Shown in pieces: positions 46,613 to 56,864 of a DNA stretch of 64,000 bases. The translations under genes and the position numbers were made by a program. The stretch is from Candidatus Brocadiaceae bacterium. GTDB lineage: Bacteria; Planctomycetota; Brocadiia; SM23-32. The notes under the pieces were generated by a model. It was given only the letters and a program-made list of their open reading frames with translations. It made no database searches and was not told where the DNA came from. Numbering within the stretch: position 1 is the first letter of the stretch; each line of letters begins with the position of its first letter. The stretch is from NCBI GenBank assembly GCA_963805825.1, contig CAWDVO010000022.1:79641-143640 (forward strand), written 5' to 3'.

Positions 46613-47013
46613 TACGGTGTTCCCCCGACAAGACCAAGACCCGCCAGAAGGGAGGTCAACCGTGCGGCGTTCGTCGTGCCGCCTTCGTCCCAGGAGACCT
46701 CCACTTCGGCCCTGAAGAGGTCTTCATCCGGCACGGGCTGCACCACTGTCCGCCACCTGAACCTGCTGTATTCTCCCTCATACGCGCCATCCGCGGCGCC
46801 CAGGGTCTGCGGGCCGAGCGAGCGCAGTTCGGCCATCTTCTCTGACGCAAGCAGCACGCCAATGGAAGAGTTCTCCGCCCGCCGAGCCGCGGCCAGGCTG
46901 GTTCGGAAGGCGAACAGGACCGCCATCAGGGAAACGGAAAGAATCACCAGTGCCAGCACCGCCTCCAGCAGCAGGTAGCCGCTCCGGGAACCAACGGTCC
47001 GCACGTGGTTCAT
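46612..47013 (-). CDS. gspI: pseudopilin GspI-like
   Basis: SRSGYLLLEAVLALVILSVSLMAVL prepilin-like N-terminus. 133 aa. Confidence 0.5.
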   Translation of the reverse strand: MNHVRTVGSRSGYLLLEAVLALVILSVSLMAVLFAFRTSLAAARRAENSSIGVLLASEKMAELRSLGPQTLGAADGAYEGEYSRFRWRTVVQPVPDEDLFRAEVEVSWDEGGTTNAARLTSLLAGLGLVGGTP

Positions 47014-47537
47014 GGCCCCGCTCCGCTGTCGTTCGGCACGACATCCACAACGCCGGGCAGAGAGCCTATTCTTACGGTCAGGCTCTCGGTCCTGTACCCC
47101 AACTGCACCTGTCCGCTCGCGCCACTACCGTCCGGATAGAAGACGAGAGAACCCGTGCTGGAAGTCCCGTCCATGCCCACAAGGTCCTTCCTCTGCAGCA
47201 CGACGCCTTCAGGCAAGGACACCTCCCCCGGGTGGACGCCTGGCAAGAGCGCAAACGTGGGAACGACAGGATCAGGGGCGTACTCCACTCGATAGGCTCC
47301 CGTGGCGTCACGAAAGAGAACTCGCGTGACCACACCATCCATGATCGCCCTGGACTGGGCGTACCTGATGTCCGCAGCCAGGCTTGCAGCGGCCTCACGA
47401 AGGCCCATGGTCCCGAACGAGCGCCGCACCTGCGGAACGGCAGCGGCGGCCAGGATGGACACAATGGCCACGACGAGCAGCAGCTCCAGAAGAGTGAAGC
47501 CGTCTCTGCTACTCGGTCGGCATGTTCGATATGTCAT
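47010..47537 (-). CDS. gspH: pseudopilin GspH-like
   Basis: RDGFTLLELLLVVAIVSILAAAA prepilin N-terminus. Start placed at the internal ATG. Confidence 0.5.
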   Translation of the reverse strand: MTYRTCRPSSRDGFTLLELLLVVAIVSILAAAAVPQVRRSFGTMGLREAAASLAADIRYAQSRAIMDGVVTRVLFRDATGAYRVEYAPDPVVPTFALLPGVHPGEVSLPEGVVLQRKDLVGMDGTSSTGSLVFYPDGSGASGQVQLGYRTESLTVRIGSLPGVVDVVPNDSGAGP

Positions 47538-47955
47538 CTGCGGTGCCAAGTTGCCCATCCGCTCCAGGACTTGCCAGTTCGTACATGGTCGGGTACGCGG
47601 CACGAGGGTACCGGTATTCGTAGGCGTTGCCCCAGGGGTCCAGAGGGACCTTTGGCGTCTTCAGGTATGGGCCCTTCCAGCCCTGCGCGCCCGCCGGGGC
47701 CTCTACAAGGGATCCCAACCCCTGCTCGGTGGTCGGATACACGCCACAGTCCTGTTCGTACACGTCAAGGGCAACCCCCAGCGCCCCAAAGACATCTTGT
47801 TTGGCAGCAGCAATGCGCGCCTCGGTGGCACGTCCGGCAAGGCTCGGTATCACCGTTGCTGCCAGGATGCCAATGATTACGACAACGAGGAGAATCTCGA
47901 GCAGCGTGAACGCGGCCCTCCGCCCTCTTCGCGACTGACGACCGGTTTGGCTCAT
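47509..47955 (-). CDS. gspG: major pseudopilin GspG
   Basis: 148 aa: RRAAFTLLEILLVVVIIGILAATVIPSL...AKQDV...GVYPTTEQGL..L...P......GWKGPYL...DPWGN.Y.Y is the classic GspG signature. Confidence 0.8.
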   Translation of the reverse strand: MSQTGRQSRRGRRAAFTLLEILLVVVIIGILAATVIPSLAGRATEARIAAAKQDVFGALGVALDVYEQDCGVYPTTEQGLGSLVEAPAGAQGWKGPYLKTPKVPLDPWGNAYEYRYPRAAYPTMYELASPGADGQLGTADDISNMPTE

Positions 47956-47984
47956 CTGTTCTCTGCCTTTCCGTCCAGTTGATG

Positions 47985-49187
47985 CTAGCCCACGAGCGCG
48001 CTCGCGCGGAAGACGGGGAGAAGTATGGCTGCGACAACGAAGGCCACCATCCCCGCCAGCACTATGATCAGCCCCGACTCAACCAGTTGCGCCAGCCCAC
48101 TCGCAGCTGCCTCGACCTCCTGCTGATAGAACGACGCCACATTCAGAAGCATCCTGTCGAGTGACGCCGATTGTTCGCCCACGGCGACCATGTTCACCAA
48201 CGAATCAGGGAACCCCTCCTGCTCTCGCAGCGCCTCCGCCACGCTGACGCCCTCACTCACCCTGTCCCGGACCTTGATCACCTGCTCCGCGATCACTGCA
48301 TTCCCGACCGTCTCAGCCGCAACACCGAGGGCCGGCAGCACCCGGACGCCGCTCGAACAGAGGCTGCCGAAAGTCCCCGCAAAGCGGGCTGTCTCGACGC
48401 GCCTGATGAGCCGGCCAAAGTAAGGCGTGCCCAACAAGAGCCCGTGCCAAAGCCTCCTGCCCGAGCCCTGCCGCGTCGCACGGTACAGCCCCACAGCTGC
48501 CAGGAAGAGCGCGGGGCCGGCATATGGACCGTAGCTCTGGGCAGACCGGCTCGCACTCAGAAGCATCCGCGTGGCCAGGGGCAAGCGTTGCCCGTAGGAG
48601 GCGAAGAGCACCTGGAACTTCGGGACGACCACGACGAGAAGCAGAGATACTACTATGACGCCTACGACGAACAGGAACACCGGATAGAGCAATGCCGAAC
48701 GCATCCTGACTCGGGCTGCCTGCTGCCTCTCGGCCGTGTCAGCAAGCTGGCCGGCGGCCTCCGCCAGGCGCCCGGTGAGTTCTCCCGCCGATAGGATGCT
48801 GGCGCTCACCGGACCGAATGTCCCTCCAAGCTCCCTCACGGCCGAAGACAGTGACACTCCGCGCGAGACTGACTCGTGCAGCATCTGCACGGCCCGGCGA
48901 ACGTGCGTGCTCTCACACTGGGAGGCCGTGCTCTGTAGGGCCTGCACGAGGGGAAGCCCCGCTGTCAGCAGGCTCTCCAACTGGCGCCAGAACACCGCCG
49001 CATCCCTCGTCTTCGCCCTGCCCAACTTACTCGGCTTGCCGAAGGCCCCCGTCGGCTCCGCAAGTTCAAGGATGCTCAGGTCCATGCCCTTGAGCACCGC
49101 GATGGCGTGCGCCCGGTCCGCCGCGTCTACGGTGCCGGCCACTATCCGCTCCGGCCCCTTCTTCGCCCTATATGCGAACGATGGCAC
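47985..49187 (-). CDS. gspF: T2SS/T4P inner-membrane platform protein GspF/PilC family
   Basis: 400 aa. Duplicated GspF domains (LLTAGLPLVQAL, LLYPVFLFVVGVIVVSLLLVVVVPKF). 3 TM. Confidence 0.75.
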   Translation of the reverse strand: MPSFAYRAKKGPERIVAGTVDAADRAHAIAVLKGMDLSILELAEPTGAFGKPSKLGRAKTRDAAVFWRQLESLLTAGLPLVQALQSTASQCESTHVRRAVQMLHESVSRGVSLSSAVRELGGTFGPVSASILSAGELTGRLAEAAGQLADTAERQQAARVRMRSALLYPVFLFVVGVIVVSLLLVVVVPKFQVLFASYGQRLPLATRMLLSASRSAQSYGPYAGPALFLAAVGLYRATRQGSGRRLWHGLLLGTPYFGRLIRRVETARFAGTFGSLCSSGVRVLPALGVAAETVGNAVIAEQVIKVRDRVSEGVSVAEALREQEGFPDSLVNMVAVGEQSASLDRMLLNVASFYQQEVEAAASGLAQLVESGLIIVLAGMVAFVVAAILLPVFRASALVG

Positions 49188-49202
49188 TGCACGCGCTCCG
49201 CC

Positions 49203-50921
49203 CTATTGGTCGTCAGACTGCGTAACCCTCAGGACCTCTTCGACCGTTGTGACGCCCTTCCTCACCTTCTCCCAGCCGGCCTGGCGAAGGGTCCTCATGC
49301 CTTCGGCCAGGGCCGCCCGCAGGATTTCCGTGGAGGGGCTCCGCTGGAGCGTAAGCTCCCGTATTCGCTCTGAATTCACCAGTGTCTCGTAGATCGCCGT
49401 CCTTCCACGGTAGCCCGTGAGCCGGCAGTATTCGCATCCCCTGCCGGTGTACAGGACATCAGTGCCGGCAGTCTGCTCTGGGGTGCCAAACGCCTCCAAC
49501 TCCTGTTCCCGAGGGGTGTAGGCTTGCCGACAGCGGGGGCAGATAGTGCGCACGAGACGTTGGCTGATGGTGGCCAGAAGGGAGCTCGAAATCAGATACG
49601 GCTCAATGTCCATGTCGAGCAGCCGGGTCACGGCACCGGCGGCGTCGTTCGTATGTATCGTGCTGAAGACGAGGTGTCCGGTGAGCGCCGTGCGTATGGT
49701 GATCTGTGCCGTCTCCGGGTCGCGAATCTCGCCGATCAGCATCACGTCGGGATCGTGCCTCAACATAGACCTAAGCGCCCGCGCGAACGTGAACCCGATG
49801 TGGGGAGCGACCTGCATCTGCTGGACGCCCTCCATCAGGTACTCGACGGGGTCTTCGATGGTGATCACCTTCTTGTCAGAGGAGTTGACCCTGTTCAGAC
49901 AGGCATACAGCGTCGTGGTCTTGCCACTTCCGGTGGGCCCCGAAACAAGGACGATACCGTGCGGCTTCTTGAGCAGATCCCCCACTTTCTCCAGATCAGG
50001 CGTGTCCAGTCCGAGGGAGGGCAGGTCGTCGAACACCGGCCTGCGAGGGAGGATTCGCAGGTTGACCGCCTCGCCCCAGGATACGGGAAGGACCGACACG
50101 CGCAGGTCGAACTCCTCATCTCCCGTCCTGACGTGCGTCCGGCCGTCTTGGGGCAAGCGCTTTTCCGCGATGTCGAGGTTGGACAGCACCTTGATGCGGG
50201 AGATGATGGCATTCCGGAAGTGCTTGGCGCCGCGCGGAACACCCGCCTCCCGCAGCATGCCGTCAACGCGGTAACGTACCCGCAGTTCGCTTTCGTACGG
50301 TTCGAGATGGATGTCGGTCGCACGCTCGCGGATGGCATCGAGGATGATCTGATTCACAAGCTTGACGACAGAGGCCTTCTGGACCTCGCTCTCTTCCTCC
50401 AGGGTGCCCTGGACCGCTGCAGAGTCCTCAACGATGAGTTGGCCCTCTTCATCACCGATCAGCCCCTCGATCGTCTCGGCACCGACACCGTAGACGCCTC
50501 TGGAAGTCTTGGTGATGGCATCCTTGCAGGCCAAGGCCAGGCGCACGTCGCAGCCCAGTACCAGCGATACCTCATCCAGCACGTCGCTTCTGAACGGGTC
50601 GTCAAACGCGACCTGGAGGCGCCCTCCTTCAAGCGAGAGGGGGAGGATCCCGTAGCGCTCCGCCACCTTCGCGGGGACCCGTTGCACGGACTGCGGATCG
50701 ACGGTGCCAGGGGACGGCTCGACGTACTCAAGCCCCAACTGGGCTGCTGCACGACGCAGGAGCTTCGCCTCCTGGACCAGACCCAGGTTGACGAGGAGTT
50801 CCTTCGGCGACTTCCCAGATGAAGCTGCTTCCGCTTCGACTGCTGCCAGTTGATCCTTCGGGATCCCAAGCAAGTCGTCTCCAAGTATGCTACGAGACCA
50901 TGCGTTGACGCCGACGTTCAT
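49203..50921 (-). CDS. gspE: T2SS/T4P assembly ATPase GspE/PilB family
   Basis: 572 aa. N1/N2 domains. Walker A GIVLVSGPTGSGKTTTLYA. His box GHLVFSTIHTND. Tetracysteine CPRC...CEYC. Confidence 0.85.
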   Translation of the reverse strand: MNVGVNAWSRSILGDDLLGIPKDQLAAVEAEAASSGKSPKELLVNLGLVQEAKLLRRAAAQLGLEYVEPSPGTVDPQSVQRVPAKVAERYGILPLSLEGGRLQVAFDDPFRSDVLDEVSLVLGCDVRLALACKDAITKTSRGVYGVGAETIEGLIGDEEGQLIVEDSAAVQGTLEEESEVQKASVVKLVNQIILDAIRERATDIHLEPYESELRVRYRVDGMLREAGVPRGAKHFRNAIISRIKVLSNLDIAEKRLPQDGRTHVRTGDEEFDLRVSVLPVSWGEAVNLRILPRRPVFDDLPSLGLDTPDLEKVGDLLKKPHGIVLVSGPTGSGKTTTLYACLNRVNSSDKKVITIEDPVEYLMEGVQQMQVAPHIGFTFARALRSMLRHDPDVMLIGEIRDPETAQITIRTALTGHLVFSTIHTNDAAGAVTRLLDMDIEPYLISSSLLATISQRLVRTICPRCRQAYTPREQELEAFGTPEQTAGTDVLYTGRGCEYCRLTGYRGRTAIYETLVNSERIRELTLQRSPSTEILRAALAEGMRTLRQAGWEKVRKGVTTVEEVLRVTQSDDQ

Positions 50922-52015
50922 GTCGCATACCGATAGCTAGTGCGCTTCTGCGGCTCTCTCTCGCCTCCGAGTGGGCCGGAAGACGCGTATTGACTACTGT
51001 GAATGGGCGCCCTCAAAACACCTATTGCCATACCTTCTGCTTTGTAGTAACATGATGGGCCTTTCGATCCTGACCGTGGTCTCGGCCAGCGAGCCCAGCC
51101 GCGACAGAGGGGTATGGGTGCGTCGTGTGAAGCAGGCCCGCTGGCCCTTCCGCCACAAGAGCCGCATGTGACGCGCCCAGCGCCCTCGTTCGAAGCCTGT
51201 CCACTTAGTGAGCACTCTCGGCGGCGTGTCACGCGGCAGGCTACACCCCCAGGGCTACCCCGAAACCACTGCGGAGCCCCCCGCGAACGAGGCCCACGCA
51301 GCGGGCGCGGAAGGCCCCGGCCGCCCAGATCGGCGGGCATCTGGACACCAGGACAAGCCCCTCCGCAGGGCCGCGCATCTTTCCTTGGCGCTGTCCCCAT
51401 GGGACGGCAAGGGCGGCCCTGCAACGTAGCGTCATGAACTCCCCATCGCGCCCGAGAACCAGGCCGCCCTTCTTGTGCGGCTGACTCGCGCATCCGGGGA
51501 CGGCGAGTAGCCCGGCGGCGGCTACCGAACATAGCTCCGCCGTTGACGCTCAAAGGGTCAGGCCGACAGGGGAAGAAGAGACAAGGGCCAGTACGCCTGG
51601 AGGCGGCAGAGGGGGATAGGGTGCACCGCCTGAGCCAGCATAGCTGGCCCCTGTTTCGGTGGGAGGACTCGTCGTATGACTTCTCTGGCGCATTTCGCGA
51701 CAGACGGAACTCCTGGGTCAGAGACTTCTTCGATGCGGCCTGATGTAACGGCGGTTCGTGCCGCCAAGGTGCACCGTACGGATCTCTCGCATTGGTGCTT
51801 AGTGAAGCGGGGCGGCGAAACGTCACGCGCTGAGTTGGACGACCACGCCAGAGGCAAACACCTTGCCCATTCTCTCTGCCGCGCACAAGTCACCAGTGGC
51901 CACCGGTGGAGACTGAGCGGACAATCGGAAACGCTGCCTCTCATACGGACGACCGCGCAAGCGACATGGCTGGTGTCGTAGCGAACGTTGCAGGCTCCAC
52001 ACGGCCAGAACGCAG

Positions 52016-53764
52016 TCAGCGATTCGCCGCCTCGGGAGTTCTCTGATCGAACAGCTTTACCTCACCGTCCCCGACCTCAAGGATCAGGTCGCAAGCGTCT
52101 CGCGGCGGAAGGCGATGGCCCGCAACAAGGATCGTCCGCTTGCCCGTCAGCGCCTCCAGGGCCCGCCAGAGCTGCGCTTCTGTGAGGCGGTCGACGTTGG
52201 CGAAGGGCTCGTCGAGGAGCAGAATGGGGCTTTCCTTCAGAAAGGCCCTCGCCAGGGTCAGACGGTGAGCTTGGCCGGCCGACAGACTCACGTGCTCGGA
52301 TTCCAGATGGCTGTCCAATCCGTCGGGCAGATCCTCGACGAACTCATGGGCGCACGCAAGCTCAAGTGCTTGCACGACTTCTGCAGCGGAGGCAGATGGT
52401 CGCCCATAGAGCACGTTCTCCATTACCGTCCCTGAGAAGAGGGTGGCCTCCTGCGGCGCGACGCTGACGAGACTCCGGACCTGACGGGGCGAAAGACGCG
52501 AGAGCGGCTCGTCTCCGAAGAAGACGTCGCCGGTGTGGCACTCGCAAAGGGCACTGCAGAGCCTGAAGATAGTGGTCTTTCCCGCACCGCTGGCCCCGAT
52601 GAGCACGGCCAGGCGCCCGGCAGGCACCTCGAAGTCTGCGTCGCTCAGGACGGCGGCGGCCGTTCCATAGGAAAACGTGACGTGCGAGAACCTGACGCCA
52701 AGCGCACGCGTGGAGGACGTCCGGCGCGGCAGTGCCCTCGTGCTCTCCTGGGGTTGCCGCAGGAACTGCAGCACCCGGTCCCCGGGAGCCAGCCCTGCGA
52801 TGAGCCGTTGGAGTATGGACGCGAACGCCAGGAACGGGGAGGCAACCATGCCAAAGTACATGGAGAATGCGACCGCGGACCCCAGCGTCATCGAGCCCCG
52901 AATGACCATGAGCCAGCCGGCGCACATCAGCACGAACGGCGGCCCGGACTCCAGGAACCACTGGATCTGGCTGAGCGTTCGCTCCCGTCGCCAGAGCCGA
53001 AAGTCCGCACGAATGGCAGGCTTCGCCTCGGCCGCGTAGCGGTGGAACTCCCTGGTCTCTTGGCCGAAGAGCTTCGCAAGAGGGAGAAGACGGATCGCCT
53101 CGAGGAGAACTCCGCTCGCCCTCGCGCGGACGTCGCGGAGGTCGCGGCGCAGAGGGAGGAGCCTGCCGCTGGAGAAGACACGGAACAGGCAAAGGGCAGG
53201 CAGCAGCATCAGGTACGGCACTGCCAGATCCCATCTGAGCCTCACCATGATGAACGCGGCGATGACCAGCGTACAGCCGTTGTTCAGCAGAGAAGGGAAG
53301 ATCGAGAGGATCATCTCCGCCACCGCCTCAAGGTCCGACATCATGCTGAAAGTGTGTTCGCCCGGACGTTTCGCCTGGATCCCCGATAGCGGCAGAGAAC
53401 TCAGGTGACGGAAGTAGGCCACTCGAAGCCGCCACTTCACCCACGAGGACAGGTACAGGGAGAGGTATGACTGCAGGAGCCTCAGGCCCTGTATGACGAG
53501 CAGCGCACCGGCACAGACCCCGATGAACAGGTAGAAAAGGGGGAGGTCCCTGCGGGCCAGGATGTCGTCGATGATGTACTTGCTTACGAACGGGGTGAGC
53601 GCCTGGACCGCACTGCCCAGACCGCCCAAGAGGACGACAAAGGCAAGTTTGCGGCGGTAGGGCCGCAGATGGGGCATGAAGGCCCGCACCATGCGAACCG
53701 ACGAGGTCAGGGCTGCTATGGTGCCACTCGTTGCAGTCACTCGATGTGCGGGCTCCGGAGACAA
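52016..53764 (-). CDS. ABC transporter, fused permease-ATPase exporter (type I ABC exporter)
   Basis: 582 aa. 6 TM N-terminal domain. Walker A GASGAGKTT. Signature LSAGQAHRLTLARAF. Walker B ILLLDEP. Confidence 0.8.
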   Translation of the reverse strand: MSPEPAHRVTATSGTIAALTSSVRMVRAFMPHLRPYRRKLAFVVLLGGLGSAVQALTPFVSKYIIDDILARRDLPLFYLFIGVCAGALLVIQGLRLLQSYLSLYLSSWVKWRLRVAYFRHLSSLPLSGIQAKRPGEHTFSMMSDLEAVAEMILSIFPSLLNNGCTLVIAAFIMVRLRWDLAVPYLMLLPALCLFRVFSSGRLLPLRRDLRDVRARASGVLLEAIRLLPLAKLFGQETREFHRYAAEAKPAIRADFRLWRRERTLSQIQWFLESGPPFVLMCAGWLMVIRGSMTLGSAVAFSMYFGMVASPFLAFASILQRLIAGLAPGDRVLQFLRQPQESTRALPRRTSSTRALGVRFSHVTFSYGTAAAVLSDADFEVPAGRLAVLIGASGAGKTTIFRLCSALCECHTGDVFFGDEPLSRLSPRQVRSLVSVAPQEATLFSGTVMENVLYGRPSASAAEVVQALELACAHEFVEDLPDGLDSHLESEHVSLSAGQAHRLTLARAFLKESPILLLDEPFANVDRLTEAQLWRALEALTGKRTILVAGHRLPPRDACDLILEVGDGEVKLFDQRTPEAANR

Positions 53765-53921
53765 GGGTTGGCGGCCCTATCGCGCAGCTTCGATCTCTGG
53801 CACCTGATCGCCGGATGGCATGGGAATCCACCCCTGCGCCGCATCGAAGCCGACATGCACTTACCGCCTGCAGGTTGGCGCGGGAGGGTCGACTGACACC
53901 TGCTGTCGAAGGGGACTTCTC

Positions 53922-55448
53922 TCACTGCAGCGGGGCCTCATAACGCGGAGCCTTGGGGCAGGCCGGATGGGGCGCAAAACGGGTGCCATAGGCCTTATAC
54001 TGCAGCATCAGGCATCCCCCCTTCAGCACCTGGCATCTGTCGAACTCCTCGCACTCTGAGCAAGGAGTGCCGGCGTAGTCCGCATGGCGGGCCTCCTTGA
54101 ACCGTCGCATCGTTTCCGACTGCCAGACATCCACCAAACTGCAATTGGTCACGTTCCCGACGATGAACTCGTCATCCTGAGGCGACTGCTCACACATCGT
54201 CACTCGGCCGTCGGGCGCAACGATGATGGTCTCTCTGCCTGCTCCACACCTGGGGAAGTCGCGGAACGCCGCCGACCGCTCGCCCTCGTCCATGTCCAGG
54301 TAGTCGGACCGGCACTCGAACTTGATCTTGCCCTCCGGGTACTCCTGCTGAAGGATGGCGACCTGCTCCCGCAGCCACCTCTTCTGCACCTCCGTCAACA
54401 GCAACCCTTCGCGATGGCGGTGGGCCGACCTGAAGGCCGACGCGATCTTCATGTCGCGCAGAGGGAGCGTGTGCAGCAGAGCGACCAGTTCGCGGACGTG
54501 CGAATGGGTATCCTGAACGAGGATGCTGTTCGTCCTGCATGCAATCCCCGCCTCCGCGCAGTTCGTGATTGACTCCAGCGTCCGACGGAAATGCCCTTTC
54601 CTACCCACCACGCGGTCGAACAACTCGGGGTACGGGGCGTCGAACCCGAACTGCATGGTCCGGATGCCGGCGTCGTAGAGCTCCCGAGCGCGGGACTTCG
54701 ATACGTACGCTTTGGTCGACAGGTCGACGCTGAGCCCCTTCGAGACCGCATAGCCGAGCAGTCCAGTGATGCCCTTGCGGCAGAGAGCGTCCCCGCCGTC
54801 GACGTTCACTGAGCATACCCCGATAGCCGCGGCCTCGTCCATGAGTCCCTTGACCCTCTGGTCGGAAAGTCGTGCCGACGCGGGGACCGGTCTTCGCGTG
54901 GCGTAGCAGTAGACGCAGTCCGTCTGACAGACGTCCGTGGGCATCCAGAGCATCGTGATGGGGGCATCGAGTTCGGCCGTGAGTCGCACCTCTGCACCAG
55001 GTATCACGTAATCCCGAGGGTTGTAAGCCCTGAAAGGGCGTGACGGATAGACTTCCCGGCTGAACAGGCCCGGCGCCGCAGGGCCGAAGGCGTCCACGGT
55101 GGCCAGCGCTTTCCTCACCTTGAAGTCGTTCAGCTCCTTGCTCCCGCCGCAGTGCTCCCGCAGGAGTGCCGAGACGTCATCGAGCGTGCGGGAGCCGTTC
55201 AAACACGCAACGACAACCGCCAGGCCGGGGTTGAGCCGACGCGACCAGACGTCAAGGAAGGTCGCCCCGTAAAAGACCACCTGCGCACGGTCCCGGCGCA
55301 GCCGAGCCTGCTCGGAGATGGCGAGTCGGGTGTCACCCCGCATGCCGAACGCGCGGTGCTGCTCTTCCAGCGAACTCAGGCACCCTTGCTCGGTCCATGC
55401 CCTGAAGAGCTCCTCGTCGATCGTGGGTTCAGCGGTTCGTTCGTCCAA
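53922..55448 (-). CDS. radical SAM / SPASM-domain peptide maturase with about 170-aa N-terminal extension (possible RRE-like substrate-binding domain)
   Basis: 508 aa. CQTDCVYCY (C-x3-C-x2-C) at about residue 180. SPASM CEQS...CSECEEFDRCQVLKGGC. Confidence 0.75.
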   Translation of the reverse strand: MDERTAEPTIDEELFRAWTEQGCLSSLEEQHRAFGMRGDTRLAISEQARLRRDRAQVVFYGATFLDVWSRRLNPGLAVVVACLNGSRTLDDVSALLREHCGGSKELNDFKVRKALATVDAFGPAAPGLFSREVYPSRPFRAYNPRDYVIPGAEVRLTAELDAPITMLWMPTDVCQTDCVYCYATRRPVPASARLSDQRVKGLMDEAAAIGVCSVNVDGGDALCRKGITGLLGYAVSKGLSVDLSTKAYVSKSRARELYDAGIRTMQFGFDAPYPELFDRVVGRKGHFRRTLESITNCAEAGIACRTNSILVQDTHSHVRELVALLHTLPLRDMKIASAFRSAHRHREGLLLTEVQKRWLREQVAILQQEYPEGKIKFECRSDYLDMDEGERSAAFRDFPRCGAGRETIIVAPDGRVTMCEQSPQDDEFIVGNVTNCSLVDVWQSETMRRFKEARHADYAGTPCSECEEFDRCQVLKGGCLMLQYKAYGTRFAPHPACPKAPRYEAPLQ

Positions 55449-55512
55449 TGTGTCCGCTTCCTAAACTGGCCAATGGAGAACAGACCTGAGGAAGGAGGCG
55501 CCTCCACGGCGC

Positions 55513-56610
55513 TCACTCATCCGAGGAGCGGACCCCGTTGACGGTGAGGTCGGTGAACCATTCCTCGCCCCGCAGTTGATAGCCCATGTAGTACCGCACA
55601 GTGTGCTCAGGGTAGTAGATGCCGCCCACGTTCCGGTACTGGATAGCCATCGCATCGTAGATGGACGGCTCCCCGGATTTCGCGTTGACCTGCCTGGCCA
55701 CGACGAAGTCGGCCATCCCGGTCTCGTGACTGAACCAGAACCCCTTCTCCAGTTCGGGAGGGGCGTCCACCAGCATCGTGATGACGTCGTATTCGGTGGC
55801 CCTGGCACCGGCAGTGAAGGCCTCAAGGCCCGGCAGCTTCAGGTCCATCCGCCGGCCCTGGTCGATGCCGTCCCCATACTTCAGAAGCACGGCAACCTGC
55901 AGTAAGCTCTCCCCGTCCAGGTAGGCTGGCACCCAGCTCTCGCCCACCCCGAGGGTGCCGTTGCTTGTCTTGCCGGCGGGTGTGATAAGCTCCGACACAT
56001 CTCTTCCCTCGCTGATGGAGCCTTCCATTCTGAAGTACGCCGGTGACCGCGTCGCCTCGACGGCAACGGACCAGTTGTCCGCAGCGGCACGTGATTGCAT
56101 TGCAGCGCTCGTCGGGGTGTCCTCGGCTGCGGTTACAACTCTCCTGTGGTGGAGGGAGAGCGAGCCGATGTGCGAGAAGTTGCGTTCATACCGGAGGAGT
56201 ATGGGCTCCGCCTTCGCGAAGTCCTCTTTCGAGAAGCCCTCCGGGACACCGTCGAAACGAGGTCGGCGCCACACCGTGGGGACCGGCTCGGAGACCGTGC
56301 CGTCGACAAGACCGGGCAGTTCGATCCCCACCGCATCTGACAGAGGAGCGGGACCAGGATGTGGCTGCTCCGGGGCTCCGGGACGTAGGGCGTGCGTGTC
56401 ATCCGTCTCGCGACCCGCCGGCACCTGCTGTTCACTCTCCACAGGCACCGGGCCACGCACACTGCTTTGTGGCGCGAAAGAGAACAGGTAGAACAGAAAG
56501 AAGACGATCGCCAGGCAGACACCGCCAGCCAACAAAACCCTTGCCCTCACCTTGCCCTCCACGTCAGCAGGAATCTCCTCGGGCTCCGCCGCGCACCGTA
56601 CGCTCTCCAT
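55513..56610 (-). CDS. bitopic membrane protein with large periplasmic domain, paralogous to the C-terminal domain of the anti-sigma factor at 57251..59137
   Basis: 365 aa. TM LLAGGVCLAIVFFLFYLF. Periplasmic ...ELITPAGKTSNGTLGVGESWVPAYLDGE...EYDVITMLVDAPPELEKGFWFSHETGMADFVVARQ...YRNVGGIYYPE aligns with EIVTPVGKISNGYFGAGESAIPAYLDGE...RYDVIALTAKTSGAVSEYWFNEATGMLDYCVARY...YQDVGGILYLE. Confidence 0.6.
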   Translation of the reverse strand: MESVRCAAEPEEIPADVEGKVRARVLLAGGVCLAIVFFLFYLFSFAPQSSVRGPVPVESEQQVPAGRETDDTHALRPGAPEQPHPGPAPLSDAVGIELPGLVDGTVSEPVPTVWRRPRFDGVPEGFSKEDFAKAEPILLRYERNFSHIGSLSLHHRRVVTAAEDTPTSAAMQSRAAADNWSVAVEATRSPAYFRMEGSISEGRDVSELITPAGKTSNGTLGVGESWVPAYLDGESLLQVAVLLKYGDGIDQGRRMDLKLPGLEAFTAGARATEYDVITMLVDAPPELEKGFWFSHETGMADFVVARQVNAKSGEPSIYDAMAIQYRNVGGIYYPEHTVRYYMGYQLRGEEWFTDLTVNGVRSSDE

Positions 56611-56864
56611 GTGTATCAGCCGTCAACGCGACCAAAGCCGTCAGCCTAGCGCGCTGTGTTCGCCTCAAGCCGAACCGATACAGCTGCCGCAACTGCACGT
56701 GCCAGCGCTGCCGGCTAAGCGAGCAACCGCTGCGTACGGGGGAGGTGGTTCGCTCTCGGCAGCCAAGTTCGGCGAGACGGGTGCCTCGGAATCTCGCGGT
56801 CCGTGCCGTACCAAGCGGGGTACCGTCTCGGGCCACTGCCCTCCCCCAGAACAAACGCGCCATG

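Noticed and set aside
49524-50822. 432-aa plus ORF across gspE
   Set aside because: Antisense shadow of the Walker-box-containing GspE.
50918-51886. 322-aa minus ORF upstream of gspE
   Set aside because: R/G/P-rich low-complexity with no domain features; the region was treated as non-coding instead.
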